From: a bacterium
GTDB taxonomy: Bacteria > UBA8248
Assembly (NCBI GenBank): GCA_965213685.1
Contig: CBDBZY010000018.1
Coordinates: forward strand, 512,001-576,000
Direction of reading: 5' to 3'
Length of the DNA stretch: 64,000 nucleotides
Below the pieces are notes generated by a model that saw only the letters and a list, made by a program, of their open reading frames with translations, ran no database searches and was not told the origin of the DNA. Numbering within the stretch: the first letter of the stretch is position 1; each line of letters begins with the position of its first letter. Below, piece after piece: positions 23,400 through 36,270 of this stretch. The position numbers and the translations under genes are program-made.

Positions 23400-24110
23400 T
23401 TGTTTACTGGTTATACTTTTTTGCTTTTTTTGAAGACACCAGCTGGCTATTATGTCAATCGTATCTGAAGGACTTATCAGCCAACACCTCCGACCTTGCC
23501 CATCCTTGATTTCTATGATGAACCTCTAGGTCTGTTTCATGCAGGCTGTGCTTGTACAAGCAGGTGGTAGGGTGCTGTTGCACAGGAAATGCTAGTGGAA
23601 CTCACACCATTACAGGATCATCGAGTCCAATCCAGCCTGTGCAGTATGTTTAAAATTGTTCATGGTCTTTGCTATAGCCCTCCCAACTTCGTTACTCCGA
23701 GGCAAAACTTTTGTGAAAGAACGAACAGAAAGCTCCTACTACAGAAGCCATACACACGAACCAATGCATACAGATTTTCCTTTGTGCCACACACTGCCCA
23801 AGCATGGAATGAGCTGCCCAGAGTCAGTAGTGACCTTATCACTGAACCATTTTAAACATTGCATATTATGATTAAGTTATGCACTAGTGATAAAATACTT
23901 TGCATTTAGATTAGCAAGTATAGGGTGTGAACTTGTATAGCTTATTGCTATTGCATATCCTTTGCCTTTTGCATACATTGTTTTTATGCCCCAGAGAATG
24001 TCTTCCCACACCAGGAGCACTGCTAACAGTACATATGGTGTAGTCTGCCAAAACGTAACCCTTCTGTATTTGTTGCAGCAACTCCTGAGTGAATATGTTT
24101 GTTCATGTGA
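23400..24110 (-). pseudogene. Decayed paralogous ROC P-loop exon, split by a LINE fragment
   Basis: 24110-24000 encodes ...VLADYTICTVSSAPGVGRH and 23590-23460 encodes LPPACTSTACMKQ; homologous to 26480-26830. Confidence 0.6.
23590..23995 (+). mobile_element. 5'-truncated CR1-type LINE 3' end
   Basis: LTPLQDHR...MFKIVHGL...RTNAYRFSFVPHTAQAWNELP is the typical ORF2 C-terminus. Confidence 0.8.
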
Positions 24111-24540
24111 AACCAAGCAGCAATAGTAATGAAAAGGGAAGTCTACATCCAGTATGGTTGCTACATAAGTGTATAAATAGTTGCGGCACTGCCCACATTT
24201 CATTAAAATTTGGGGATTTATTAAGATGTCATGCTATTGTGTTAACAGCACAGTAGTGTGCACGTGACTGTCCGTGAACCGCCGTTCCCATGACGCTTTG
24301 AACTTGGATCATACAAAGAGTGTTCGTACTCAGCCTCACTCTCCACGGGCTTCCATAGCTTGGACGTGGCCTGCTTTGGCCTCTGTCTTCGCAGCTGCAC
24401 CTTTAGATATGGAACAATGCTTAAATATGATGAAATTGAGAGCTTTACTTCCCATGGCATGTTGAAAGGAAGCGTAGGTAGCACACGCTCATCAGCAGGA
24501 CAAAGTGAAGGTCAACTCTGCCCATCACCCGTGTGTGTAG

Positions 24541-24592
24541 TAGTCTCGCAAGCCAGACCCTCTCTTGCCCAGAGGGTCTGGCTTGCAAGACT
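24541..24592. mobile_element. Palindromic mini-MITE
   Basis: AGTCTCGCAAGCCAGACCCTCT...AGAGGGTCTGGCTTGCAAGACT; no clean TSD. Confidence 0.7.
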
Positions 24593-24667
24593 GGGTTAGA
24601 GAATCGTACCATTTGCAAACAAACCGTAGCACATGCATGCACATTTTGGCCATTGCACTTGACACGT

Positions 24668-25356
24668 AGTCTCGTGCCCAGATGTAATGTGTTCACGCAC
24701 AGAAATTGTCTGGTAACATTGGGCTATGTTTCTGGGACACGAAATGTAAGGAATATACTGGTAATCGCAATTAGAAGCTCATGATTGCCCTCGCACGCCA
24801 TTGATAATGCCGGACTTCTGCTGGTCTCTTTTCTGCCAAGCTGGTCTTGATCTATCCCTGAAAACCCATGGTAAGCTTACAAGAAAAAATGTTTATCCTT
24901 CTACAACAGCAGCCGCCAAAGTAGCACGAGTCGGTTTCTTCCTTGTTTTGGGTGTTTATTCTGAGGTATGGTACAGTGACAGGAAACCGTCCATAAGCAT
25001 CTACCTGTAAGCTTGTTTCTTGAAGCTAGCAAGAGAGAGAAGTAGATACAAGTCCTAGAGCATGCTGTGAATTACTTAGTGACATGGGCTGGAGATAGTG
25101 GCACTCGTACTCTCAGTGTATTGTCAGCCATCGTTTCAGGTGGTAAAATACGTGACCTTACATAGCAGACAGTTCACTTCACTCTAACTACTAGGGTACG
25201 AAGTTGAGAAGCATTAGGCCTACTCCTTTTAACGCCCTAATTGACAGGGTACCGATTTCATTGGATGTTTCCACATTCCAAACTGAGAACACTTCCAGCC
25301 CAAAGTTTTGGCCTAATATGTAATTCTTGCACACGAGCGCATTACATCTGGGCACA
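24668..25356. mobile_element. TIR element of the TAGTCTCG family, right end eroded
   Basis: GTGCCCAGATGTAATG at the left pairs with CATTACATCTGGGCAC at about 25340-25355. Confidence 0.65.
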
Positions 25357-25759
25357 ACACGCTGGATGCTAATTTCCACTTATGCACGCACTTCCGACTA
25401 TCGTTCTCTTAAAGGTCAAGGTTCAATTACACCTGAAACTGGCAGCACCAGGAGAACAGAGCTGTTTTGATGGAGAAAATCAGTAGGGTGCCAAGAAACA
25501 TGAAGAAGGACAATCACGCACTTCTTGTATGGTAACAGTGATTACTGATGCTGAACCCAGAACGATTGAGGACTACCTTACAGAAACCTGGCAAGATTGG
25601 GTAGGAACTTATCTTTTCACACCACTAGACTCCAAGTTGTGACCAAGCCTTCCTTGGCTCTGCGTATGTGGCAGTTGAAGAGTTATCTGTAAGCCATCAG
25701 TGTGTTTGCATGTTCTGATACGTGTATACGAACAATCATGTGCATAGTGCACCACAAGA

Positions 25760-26475
25760 AAGAAAGAAGAGAACAGAGAAGACAGAAAAAAGAATTACAT
25801 ATAAAACAAACTAAAATTCACAACAACCTCAACGGCTTAGAAAAATATAGTTTAATATTTGGAGAACCAAATATTAACATGTATCTATATATCTACATGT
25901 CTACGTAGGTCATGTTTTACTTCCAGTGGAATGCATATTCCTTCTAATACATGCCTCTTCATACTCACACCATACTTACAAAACAAATTTATATGTCTTC
26001 TAGCAAACTTCTTAAAATACGCACACAATTTGTCATACAAGAAAGCTATCAATCTTCTGGTAAGCAACTTATGCCTAGCACAAAAGGTGTCAAATGTATC
26101 ACATATCCTACTAATCCTTACTAACTGAGAAATATAAACCCCATATGTAGCATTGGCAGGTATATTACTAGACATAAAAGGAAAGTTAATTTTAAAATTG
26201 TCCCTTTTATCATACACTTCTGTTGCGTATTTATTACCACATATGCTAATCAGAATGTCCAGGTACGACACCCTATTGGATGCCTCACTTGATTTTTTAA
26301 GGCTTAATTCTTTAGGGTATATCTCACCAATTACTGCATCAACCATAGCATTATTTAGAGTAAGCTAATCATCTATGTACCTCACAGTATCACTAAACAT
26401 TTTGGCTACACACATTTTGTCCTTCATCAACTTCTTCATGTATGGGTATTCATAATGAAACAGAAACAGATTGTC
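25760..26475 (-). mobile_element. Penelope-like retroelement 3' fragment (RT C-terminal half), one in-frame stop
   Basis: NLFLFHYE...RYIDD*LTLNN...IYPKEL...YLDI...YDKRDNF...NFPFMSSNIP...YGVYISQLVR; ORF ends at 25885 with no GIY-YIG after it. Confidence 0.82.
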
Positions 26476-26479
26476 TGGC

Positions 26480-26830
26480 CTATTTGCTGGCTGCTGACTT
26501 GCACTACTGAAGTGCTTGGCTCTTTTTCTGTGATGGAGACACCGGCTGAAAGATTCTCGGCTATCATGTCCACCATATCTGAAGGACTTATTTGCTGACA
26601 TTTAAGGTGTTGTCCATCCACCTTTTCCATGATAAACCTCTTGGCCTGTTCGATGCAGGCTGTGCTGGTACAAGCAGGTGGTAGGGTCTCGTTGCATTAG
26701 AAATGCTCGAGAGATGTCTTCCCCACACCAGAAGCACTGCTAACAGCGCATATGGTGTAGTCTGCCAAAACGTGACCCTTCTGTAGTTGTCGCAGCAACT
26801 CCCGAGTGAATATGTCTGTTCATGTAAAAA
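26480..26830 (-). pseudogene. Decayed paralogous ROC GTPase N-terminal exon
   Basis: GHVLADYTICAVSSASGVGKTSLEHF*CNETLPPACTSTACIEQAKR parallels GSGKTCSLAALLGQSPPDIRCSTPLMERP of the intact gene; contains a stop codon. Confidence 0.68.
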
Positions 26831-27114
26831 GAAGTAGCAATACTAACGGTAAGGGCAGGCAAGAGCCAATATCATTGCTAAGTGCAGTTAGAGCCCTGCT
26901 CTTTCGAATGCTGCAATTTGATTGGCCAAAACGCGGGATCTATATCCCGTATTGAACCTCCTACGAGGTTCAATATAGTTTGCCGCCATGCCCGCGCCAA
27001 TTTTGACTCCGCCTCCTTGTAATTGTTTACATAAAAATTACACGCCTCACGCGCGGTGCGGTGATGGCGTGTCATGTCACGCGTGCGTGTCTCAGTACAG
27101 TGCATGCAGTACAG

Positions 27115-27790
27115 TAGCCTCGTTCCCAGGCCGAAAAATACGGCCTGGTACACACTGTTCGCACATGCGTACAATTTTCCGTAAAATGTCCGTAAAATAA
27201 TTAGGTTTATGTACTCCAATAAGAGCCTCCAAAGCACCAAACATTTGCTCATGTCACTAGCAGTCACCACCAACTCCTTACTAACTCCTGCGTGGCCACT
27301 AAGTATACATTCTGTCACACCTCGCTCTCTCAGACTAGTCAAGTTACCTGATCGATCACGAGTGGCGCTAGTGCTGATACAACCAGTGCTGTACTACTAC
27401 TCTCTTCTCTCATGTTTTCCTCGCTTGTGATTCATAGCCGACAGTAACAGCTCATAGCACACAGGCTTGCCGAATCTAGTTGGGAGCTACAAAACGCGTC
27501 TTTCCCATTGTAGAGCTTACAGCGTCTAACTGCTCCGGCTTCAGTTGTGGGTCTTGCCGTTCCCTATACGTCGTAGACCATGATGAACGCCTGCAGTGAA
27601 CTCATCTCTCTCTAGAACAAGCTGGCCGACCATCCCTAGAGTGATGTGCCAACATGTTCTACGGAGGATTACTGGAAAGGTAAACGGAAAGTGTTCAAAC
27701 GTGCACAGTTTCCCAGGTTTTCCTGGGAATAACGCGCATGCGCAAAACAGTGTAGACCAGGCCGTATTTTTCGGCCTGGGAACGAGGCTA
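27115..27790. mobile_element. MITE with about 45 bp TIRs and 9-bp TSD (Mutator-like)
   Basis: TAGCCTCGTTCCCAGGCCGAAAAATACGGCCTGGT...ACCAGGCCGTATTTTTCGGCCTGGGAACGAGGCTA; TSD GCAGTACAG. Confidence 0.9.
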
Positions 27791-27794
27791 GCAG

Positions 27795-28000
27795 TACAGT
27801 GCAGTACAGTGCAGTATAGAGCTAGAGTACACTATTAGTACTAGCTAGCTAGCGTCTATCTTAGAACACGACGGGGCGCCAGCACGTAGCTATTAGACAA
27901 GTGCCTCAGTCCAGTACAGTGCTGTATAGAGTCCACTATAGTACTGCCTAGTTAGCTAGCGTCTATCTTAGAGCACGACGGGGCGCCAGTGCGTAGCTGT
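27795..28000. repeat. Two-copy tandem repeat, unit about 110 bp
   Basis: AGCTAGCGTCTATCTTAGA-CACGACGGGGCGCCAG occurs twice. Confidence 0.75.
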
Positions 28001-28145
28001 TATACTGGAGCTTGACGGTGCGGGTCCACGCACACGCGTGCTGTGCCGATGTTCTTGCGTAACATTATATCATGCTACACGTGTGCTGTACAGAGGTTCC
28101 CAGGCGCTGGGCCTGCGTGGCGCCTGGCACCGTCGGGCTCTAAAC

Positions 28146-28287
28146 TAGTTATACGCCCCGTCCAATGGGATATACGGTATTTATAAACCCTCGGGCCCTT
28201 AGTAGTGCCCTCGCTGCGCTCGGGACACTACAGCCCAGGGCCCTCGGGTTTATAAATACCGTATATCCCTGGACTCGGCGTATAACT
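28146..28287. repeat. About 140 bp palindrome / hairpin element (half-copy at 53900-53945)
   Basis: TAGTTATACGCC...GGGATATACGGTATTTATAAACCC...GGGTTTATAAATACCGTATATCCC...GGCGTATAACTA. Confidence 0.8.
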
Positions 28288-28466
28288 ATTATTAAGCAGA
28301 TGCGGCACTGCCTGCACTTTATATTCACACTATAATTATTGGGGGGTTATAAGATGTCATAGTATTTTGTTTACAAGGCAGTAGTGTGATTGTCCGCCGT
28401 TCCTGCGTAGCGCTTCGAACGGTCGTAAAAGAGCGTTCGTACCTGCACTCTCCGCCTTCCGCAAGT

Positions 28467-30075
28467 GAATCTCGTTATGTACAGACTTGCTCATGAGATT
28501 AAAATTGCGGGTTCACCCCAAGTGCAGCGTTAACGCTCTCTTTGCGCACTTTCATAGCCACTGAAATACAAGATCAATGTGTTGGAAGTATGCAGCACCT
28601 CGAGGTAAAGAAAGTAGATGTCTAACTTTGGTACAGCTTCATACGCAAAATGCGCATTTTGGCCCTTGTGTAGCGGCGTAGGGGTAAGTAGACTGCCAAA
28701 ACTAACACACGTTTGTAGTATTATATAAACGGTGGACAGAGGCCTAAATTTGCAGGGTTCATAGAGAGGGTTGCACCCTGGGATCCCCCCCCTGAAATTC
28801 AGGTTTGTACTCTAACGTCATTAGATTTTAAGCAAGTGAAAGCATTTTGATAGCAGACGGGAATTGGTAGAGCATACGGTTTCCACAGGAATAATAGCTA
28901 CCAGGCTCACTTATAAAGTGTTGGCTTAGTTCATACAAATTTTGGCACTGCAGAAAGCGTTGCACATTATTGTGACTTAACAATTCTGCAATGCCCCCCC
29001 CCTCCCCCAGCAATGTGAGCTGTGTGCCTTTTGATCTAAAATACCAAGGGATCTAACACAGACTGCCAGCTGTATATACTGTGGCTTACAGGATTATTCT
29101 GAACTCCAGTTAACTCTGTGCATGATTATGATGGCATGAGTACACCGTCAGATGCAGTGCAGTAACATGATCAGTAAATAGGTTTAAGATAAGTCAATGG
29201 AGAGAGTGATATGTACTTCTGACAGCTGTGGAGGACCTGGAGCAAGGATATTGTGAACATCACTTTTCAAACTTTGTGTATACATCTTTGAGCGTATAGT
29301 GAAGAACAGAGCTGGGAATTAATGGATGTGGTACAAGCCATATAAGTAAGAAGTATCAGGATCCCTGAAGTTCCGGATAACTTTCACTTTCCCTGAGATA
29401 CTCTACAATGAAGCAGAAGCCATTTTGATCTGAGAGTTCCCATAAATGCTCACAATATCCTTGCTCCTCCACAGTGTCATATCCCTTAGTATAGTTAGAC
29501 AAGACCAATGCTCATCTCCTCCACAGCTGACAAGTGTGTCAGATCCCTTGCTATATTACATCAAAAGCACACAGCTCACTTAACTTGGAAGTACTATGCA
29601 GCCAGTTAGTTCAAAGCCTTTGTAAGTGCGTATGAAGCTATACCAAAATTATCATGCTTAAACGTCTACTTTCTTTACCTCGAGATGCTGCATACTTCTT
29701 TACACATACGTCTAACACACGATGTGAGATGCTGCATGCTTCTAACACATACTTCTAACACACGGATCCTTTGAGAAGAGCGCTTAGTTTTGGCAGTCTA
29801 CTTCCCCCTACGCCGCGACAGAAATGCGCATTCTGCGTATGAAGGTATACCAAAATTATCATGCTTAGACGTCTACTTTATTTACCTCGAGATGCTGCAT
29901 ATCTACTTCTAACACACCGTGTGAGATGCTGCATACTTCTAACACATACTTTAACACACGGATCCTGTATATCAGTGATGAGTGATGTGAAAGTGCGCGA
30001 AGAGAGGGTTAACGCTACACTTGGGGTAAACCCGCAATTTTTATCTCATGAGCAAGTCTGTACATAACGAGATAC
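28467..30075. mobile_element. Non-autonomous DNA transposon with long (about 250 bp) TIRs
   Basis: GAATCTCGTTATGTACAGACTTGCTCATGAGA / TCTCATGAGCAAGTCTGTACATAACGAGATAC; 8-bp TSD CCGCAAGT; absent from the paralogous site near 24350. Confidence 0.85.
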
Positions 30076-30294
30076 CCGCAAGTTGGGCGTGGCCTGCTTT
30101 GGCCCCTGCCCTACACTTGCGCCTTTGAAAATAGCACAACGCTTATATATGATGAATGGAGAGCTTTATATCTCTTGGCATGTTGAAGCACTATCTGTGG
30201 TTGAAGGAAGTAGCGCAGGCATCAGCGCAGCGCAGGTTGCACGTGACACACTTGATTCTCATTTCCGCTCATGCATTTTGCAAGCCCTATTACC

Positions 30295-32506
30295 TAGTCT
30301 CGCGGAGCCACACTGTTACGCACCGCAGAAACAGTCTGGTGTACTGACGTTGAGCGTTTTGTTCTGACACCCCTAGACTTTCGGTGGGCGATAAGTGGGT
30401 GATATATGGCTTGCGGTAAGTGGTCGCATGAATAACATTAGCTGGAGTTGTGCACGGTGCGGTACCGACGTAGTACGAGCGTAATGTAATATGATATAGC
30501 ACGGGAGCTTGCACGCAGACGTGTTGACAGCTTTGTTCAGCAGCGACAGCGAAGCAGCCATGAGCCAAAGGTATCCGTAACACAGGAATGCATCCCTACC
30601 CGACGTTTCTACAAACCCGTCCAGACCAACCTGACGTTCCTTCATGCACAACAATTCCACCACTCTGCGTGATTTCTCTGCACTGTGTCCGTACAACCTC
30701 ATGCGACCTTTGGCTCATGGCTGCTTCGCTGTCGCTGCAGAACAATGCTGTAACACGCTCTCTGTGTGCAAGCTCCGGCGCTATGTCATACTCCATCGCT
30801 CGTACTACGTCGGTACCGCACCGTCCATACTCCAGCTAATGCTATTCATGCGACCACTTACCGCAAGCGAATCTTTATCTGACGCACCCTTTTCGAACTT
30901 AGAAATTTGATGCTTTAGCGTGAGGTCAAGGTTCACAATAAAGTGTGGGGGCGCAGTGTGTTCCTATTGCAGAAAACGTGATGTGACAGGTGAGCTTTCT
31001 TTTTTTTTTACATTGGGGTAGGAATAAAGGGGGGGAGCAGGGGTGGCCATGGCCCCCCACTTTCCAGCTATCGTATAGTGTATCAAAGCTTATACAGTTT
31101 TTGTAGGCTGACTTTTGTATATGGGTGTGGCTAGATGCCCCCTCCACTTAAATTATTCTTCATGTATGAACGCAACTTACACTAAGCACTACTTTTGTTT
31201 TGTTATGGTGACTGACAAAGTTTTGCGTTTATACATGGAATTAGGAAGTAAATATAAATTTACGCCTACATGGAGGGGGCATCTAGCCACACCCAAGTCC
31301 ACCTACAAAAACTGCATAAGCTTTGGTGCACTACAATAGCTGAAAACTGGGGGGATATGGCCACTCCTGCTCCCCCACCTCCCCCCCCCCCCCATTCTTA
31401 CCCCCATGTACATGTAAGAAACAAGAAGCTCACCTGTCACATCACGTTATGAATGCACTGACCAAAGTAACTAAAGTTTACTAGCCCCCAGTCAGAGGGG
31501 ATGAAGGGAGATAAGTAATGCAGATAGTGGCATACAAACCCTATAGTTCATGTAGCGACTGACCTGTGCCAGGCTGTGGGGTATGCATGACGAATTAAAT
31601 TATAAAGCAACTGGACATACAAAAACCCAACAGCATTCAGGCAGTGTTCCTGCAGTTCCTTGTCCTCCACCTGACCTGTAGCTACCCATCCTGCCATGAC
31701 AGGTAGGAAACAACTCAGTAGAAGAGTATCAGTCTGCACTGCCACGTGCACACGTCTAGCTGTCTAGCTGTAGAAAGTTCAGCATAGCAGGTCTTAGTCT
31801 CGCGAGAATAAGCAGGTTTGTGCCTCCCGTCGATATTCAAAACTTAAACACCATCAGAGAAGGTGCCTCCTTCGTCTCGTAGTAGCTGTCGCGCAGTCCT
31901 GTCCTAATTCCCTTGACGCATCCACAGTGAACATTCGGACCCCAGATAATGCCCACCGCACCCATACAAACACAAACGGCGTTCAGGAAGTGTTCTTGCA
32001 GCTCCTTGTCCTCCACCTGACCTGTAGCTGTCGGCAACATGTACTGAAGGGGCTACCCATCCCACCATGACAGATAGGAAACGACTCAGTAGAAGAGTAA
32101 TTAGTATCCGTCCGCGCTGCACACGCCCATGGTCTAGCTGCAACAAGGCCAGTAGAAAGTTCCATCAGAGAAAGTGTCTCTTTCGTCTCGTAGTAGCTGT
32201 CGCGCAGCCCTGTCCTACTTCGATCATGCGCCCATCAAGCGCTTACCCAAGAGCAAGCACACAACCTGGTAGATGTAATACAATGCAACTGCGGCTGCGC
32301 GCGCCTCCAAACTTTATTGTGAACCTTGACCTCACGCTAAAGCATTCTAAGTTCGAAAAGGGTGCGTCAGATAAAAATTCGCTTACCGCAAGCCATATAT
32401 CACCAATTATCGCCCACCGAAAGTCTGGGGGTGTCAGAACAAAACGCCCAACGTCAGTTCACCAGACTGTTACTGCGGTGCGTAACAGTCTGGCTCCGCG
32501 AGACTA
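30295..32506. mobile_element. Long-TIR non-autonomous transposon of the TAGTCTCG family with nested foldbacks
   Basis: TAGTCTCGCGGAGCCA...TGGCTCCGCGAGACTA with TSD CTATTACC; nested inverted repeats at about 30410-30868 and 30975-31449. Confidence 0.85.
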
Positions 32507-33048
32507 CTATTACCGGTTATTGACCTTCTCGTGAGGGTCAAGGTTCACAATTAAGACCACCCGGCACCAGAAAAGCTGTTTTCGTGAAGATCGGGTGAGG
32601 GTGCCAAGCAACGTGAAGACGGACGATCACGCGCTTCATGAGCGGCCAGAATGATTACTGACGCCGAACTCAGACCGACTGAGGGTACGGGCAATAGCTA
32701 AGGGACTACATGTACCGAAACCCTCGCAGAGCAGGATTTCGTGGGAACTCATTATAAATATCACCGCTAGACTCCAACTTGTGACCAAGCCTTCGTATGG
32801 CTCTACGTGTATGTGGCAGTTGAAGAGATAGTGTAAGCCATCTGTGTGTTTGACACATGTATACATGTACGTTGAGTGCAGGCGACTCAGGAGGGGCACC
32901 TAGTGCTGCGAGTGATTGAGGGTGTACCAGAGAAATCTTGTTTTGTTTGAGAGGATGTTGCGTGAAGGTCTGAGTAGTGTGAGCTTTGGTTTCAGCATAC
33001 AGCTTGGAAGTTTGTACATGTAACTGCTTCACTGTGCAATTTTCAAGC

Positions 33049-33157
<109 letters not shown>

Positions 33158-33844
33158 ACAAGCCGAGTGGATGAACTGGCTCAACTTGCAAATCTCACAG
33201 AATTTGGTTTGGACTGAAACAAATTACAGATGACCACACCCACTGGGTGTAGTCAAGATGGATCGAGGGCCATCTGCAGTGATAAAGCTTCCTTCCTTTC
33301 ATTGCTGAGTTTGTTTCTCCCTCCCTTGCTCTCTTCTCCCTCTCCTCACCCTCTACTCCCTCGGGTGTTCCAGAAGCACTTGTTCTCTGACCTCTGCCAG
33401 CTCAGAGATGAGTGAAGAGGTCAGGGAGTGGTAGAGCATCCCCCCACTTTCCTCTCCACCTGTCCCCCTCCCTCCCTCCCTCTCCCCCTCCCTCCCTCCC
33501 TCCTTCCATCTCTGACTCAGGCTTCAAAGTCTCTCTCCCCTACCCCTACTCCACCACTTGGAGTGGCTCTACCTGGGAGGAAACAAGATCCAGGTAGCCA
33601 CCCACCTTCCTTCCCACCCTCTCCCTCCCTCTCTCCCTCCTTCCCTATTTCTTTCTACCCACTTCTCTCCTCCCTCCCTCCCTCCCTCCTTCTCTCCTCT
33701 CTCCCTCCCTCCTTTGCTCTCTCCTTCAAACACTCCACATACATGTATGACAATTCCTAATTAAACCACAAGCCACCGCTGTCTTCCTAATAAGGCACAC
33801 CATGTAGCCACCAGTTGTGTGTGTGTGCATGTTGTGAGGAGCTT

Positions 33845-34160
<316 letters not shown>

Positions 34161-35939
34161 AAGGGAAACAGAGGAGGGGTAGGGAGGGGAATGTACATGT
34201 ACATGGGCCTCTTCCTACTAGGTGTGCTAATCTATCCTCATACACTGCACCATGCAATGATTATTGTGTGCATGTCTCTCTCTCAAGCAAGTTCTAAATG
34301 GTGAGTCTGGTTCCCAGACCAGTGCTCTCCATTCGTGGACCAAGTTCTCCTCATAGTGCATGCATGTGCACCATGTCTGGAAACAAGTGCAAAGTCTGAG
34401 AATGAGGCTGCAGAGGGTGATCAGAGTGGGCATTTCGTGATGGCAAGTCTTCCAGTGTTCTCCGCAGAGTCACTCTCTCAATATGTGTGTACATGTATGC
34501 TTAATTAGCTAGTCAAGTATATATTCCAGTTGAGTCCAGTGTTTCTACACTTCCGTTCTGTTTGCCTGTCTGTCTGTCTCTGTCTCCCCGTCCATCTGTT
34601 TGTCTGTTCTGCTGTCCCTATTGGAACTCTCTCTGCCTTTCATATTTCTTTTCCTTCTCACCACAGAACAAGTATAGATGTGCCACTTCATTTTGATGGT
34701 GGGTCAGTGGAATCTCCCGACTACAAGTGTGGCTACAAGTACACTGCAGGAAAGTATAGCAGCCTTTCATGCAGCCACAGAGAGCAAGTGGTGGCTATCC
34801 TCTCAGAGTGAGTGGTTCTGGTGAGATACATGTTCACTGCACACCTCAATCACTGATACTTGTCCACTGCAGTGGCTGTTCTCAGCTGCGTTGACGGGTG
34901 GGAAGAGACAGTGAGGAAGGAATTACTGAAGCTGAGACAAGAAACATTGCTGACATCATGACTGCTTTTAAATTCATTGTGAATGTATGCTGTTATGTAC
35001 ATGTACATGTAATTAATTTTCTCCTGCCACTTCCTGCGCAACATACCGCGTATAAAGGGTTCACAGTGGCGTTTAACTCCATGAGTACTGATATACATGT
35101 ACATGTGCCATAGATATCCCATGGATGGGACTTTGAACTCGTGTGAATAGCAGATGCTTTGGTACGTTTGTTGATGCGTAGCTCCACGGACGAAGAAGGA
35201 AAGGTCGACATAAAAACGATGGCCGTTTCGAAAAAGATGAACGTGTGAAGACGTGCGTTTCCAAGACGTTAGAGACTTACATGTACGCGTACCGCGTACT
35301 GCCGCGGGTGAGCTGCATAAGATCTACCAGCTTGCTGGACACAAAGGCAGAAGCGGCATTTCAGGAACCGAGCAGTGAGTGTGTGCTCTCACTCTCACGC
35401 TGTTGACAGTCTCTCTCACTGACGGACGTTAGACATTAGACAGTGTTGGTGTCAGTCTTATACACGTGTACTCACTTGCTCTGCATACGCACATTATGCA
35501 TACATATTGCTGTACATGTACATGTTACGTTGTCTCTACTACTGCTACATGTACCATCTTTCATTTTCTTGTTATACCTCATTCCTCTACCTCAAACTTT
35601 GTCTATTCTATTCCTATTCCTATCACATATTGAGAGCCGCTAGTTATATGCACGTCTTGCGTATGCATGCACATTTCTATTTACTCTCCCTCCCTCCCTC
35701 CCTCCTCACTATCTCTGTCCTTCTCATTGACAAGGACATTTTGATATTTTAGTATTACTGCCAGTCAAAAGAATGTTCCAACATACACATATACATGTAA
35801 ATCCTGTTGGAGAACAATGCTCTCTTGTCAGACTGTACTAACTGTTGTTAACTGTGATGTCATCTGTGTGTCTCTTTATAGCATGTATAGCGATGTAATG
35901 ATGTAGGCTTATTTAGAAATTTGTGTTGGCTGTGTAGTG

Positions 35940-36075
<136 letters not shown>

Positions 36076-36270
36076 GATACAACCCCCTGTGACACCTTAC
36101 CTTTTACCTTCACCTTCAGCTGATGCCAATTCTTCCTCTTCCTTCCCCCACTTCCCCCCTTTGTTCCTCATCCTTACCTTTCTCCCTCTCCTGCTCACCC
36201 ACCAAGATAAGATACTATTCCAACTATGTCCCTGCCCCATGCTGTGATGAGCTAGTGAGGTGGTGCCTAC

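Noticed and set aside
26365-26367. Possible selenocysteine recoding in the PLE RT
   Set aside because: The stop is TAG at a non-Cys position; simple decay is more likely.
33500-33575. Possible last exon of the Kelch gene (GRATPSGG...DFEA*)
   Set aside because: Acceptor is plausible, but the sequence is low-complexity with no homology support.
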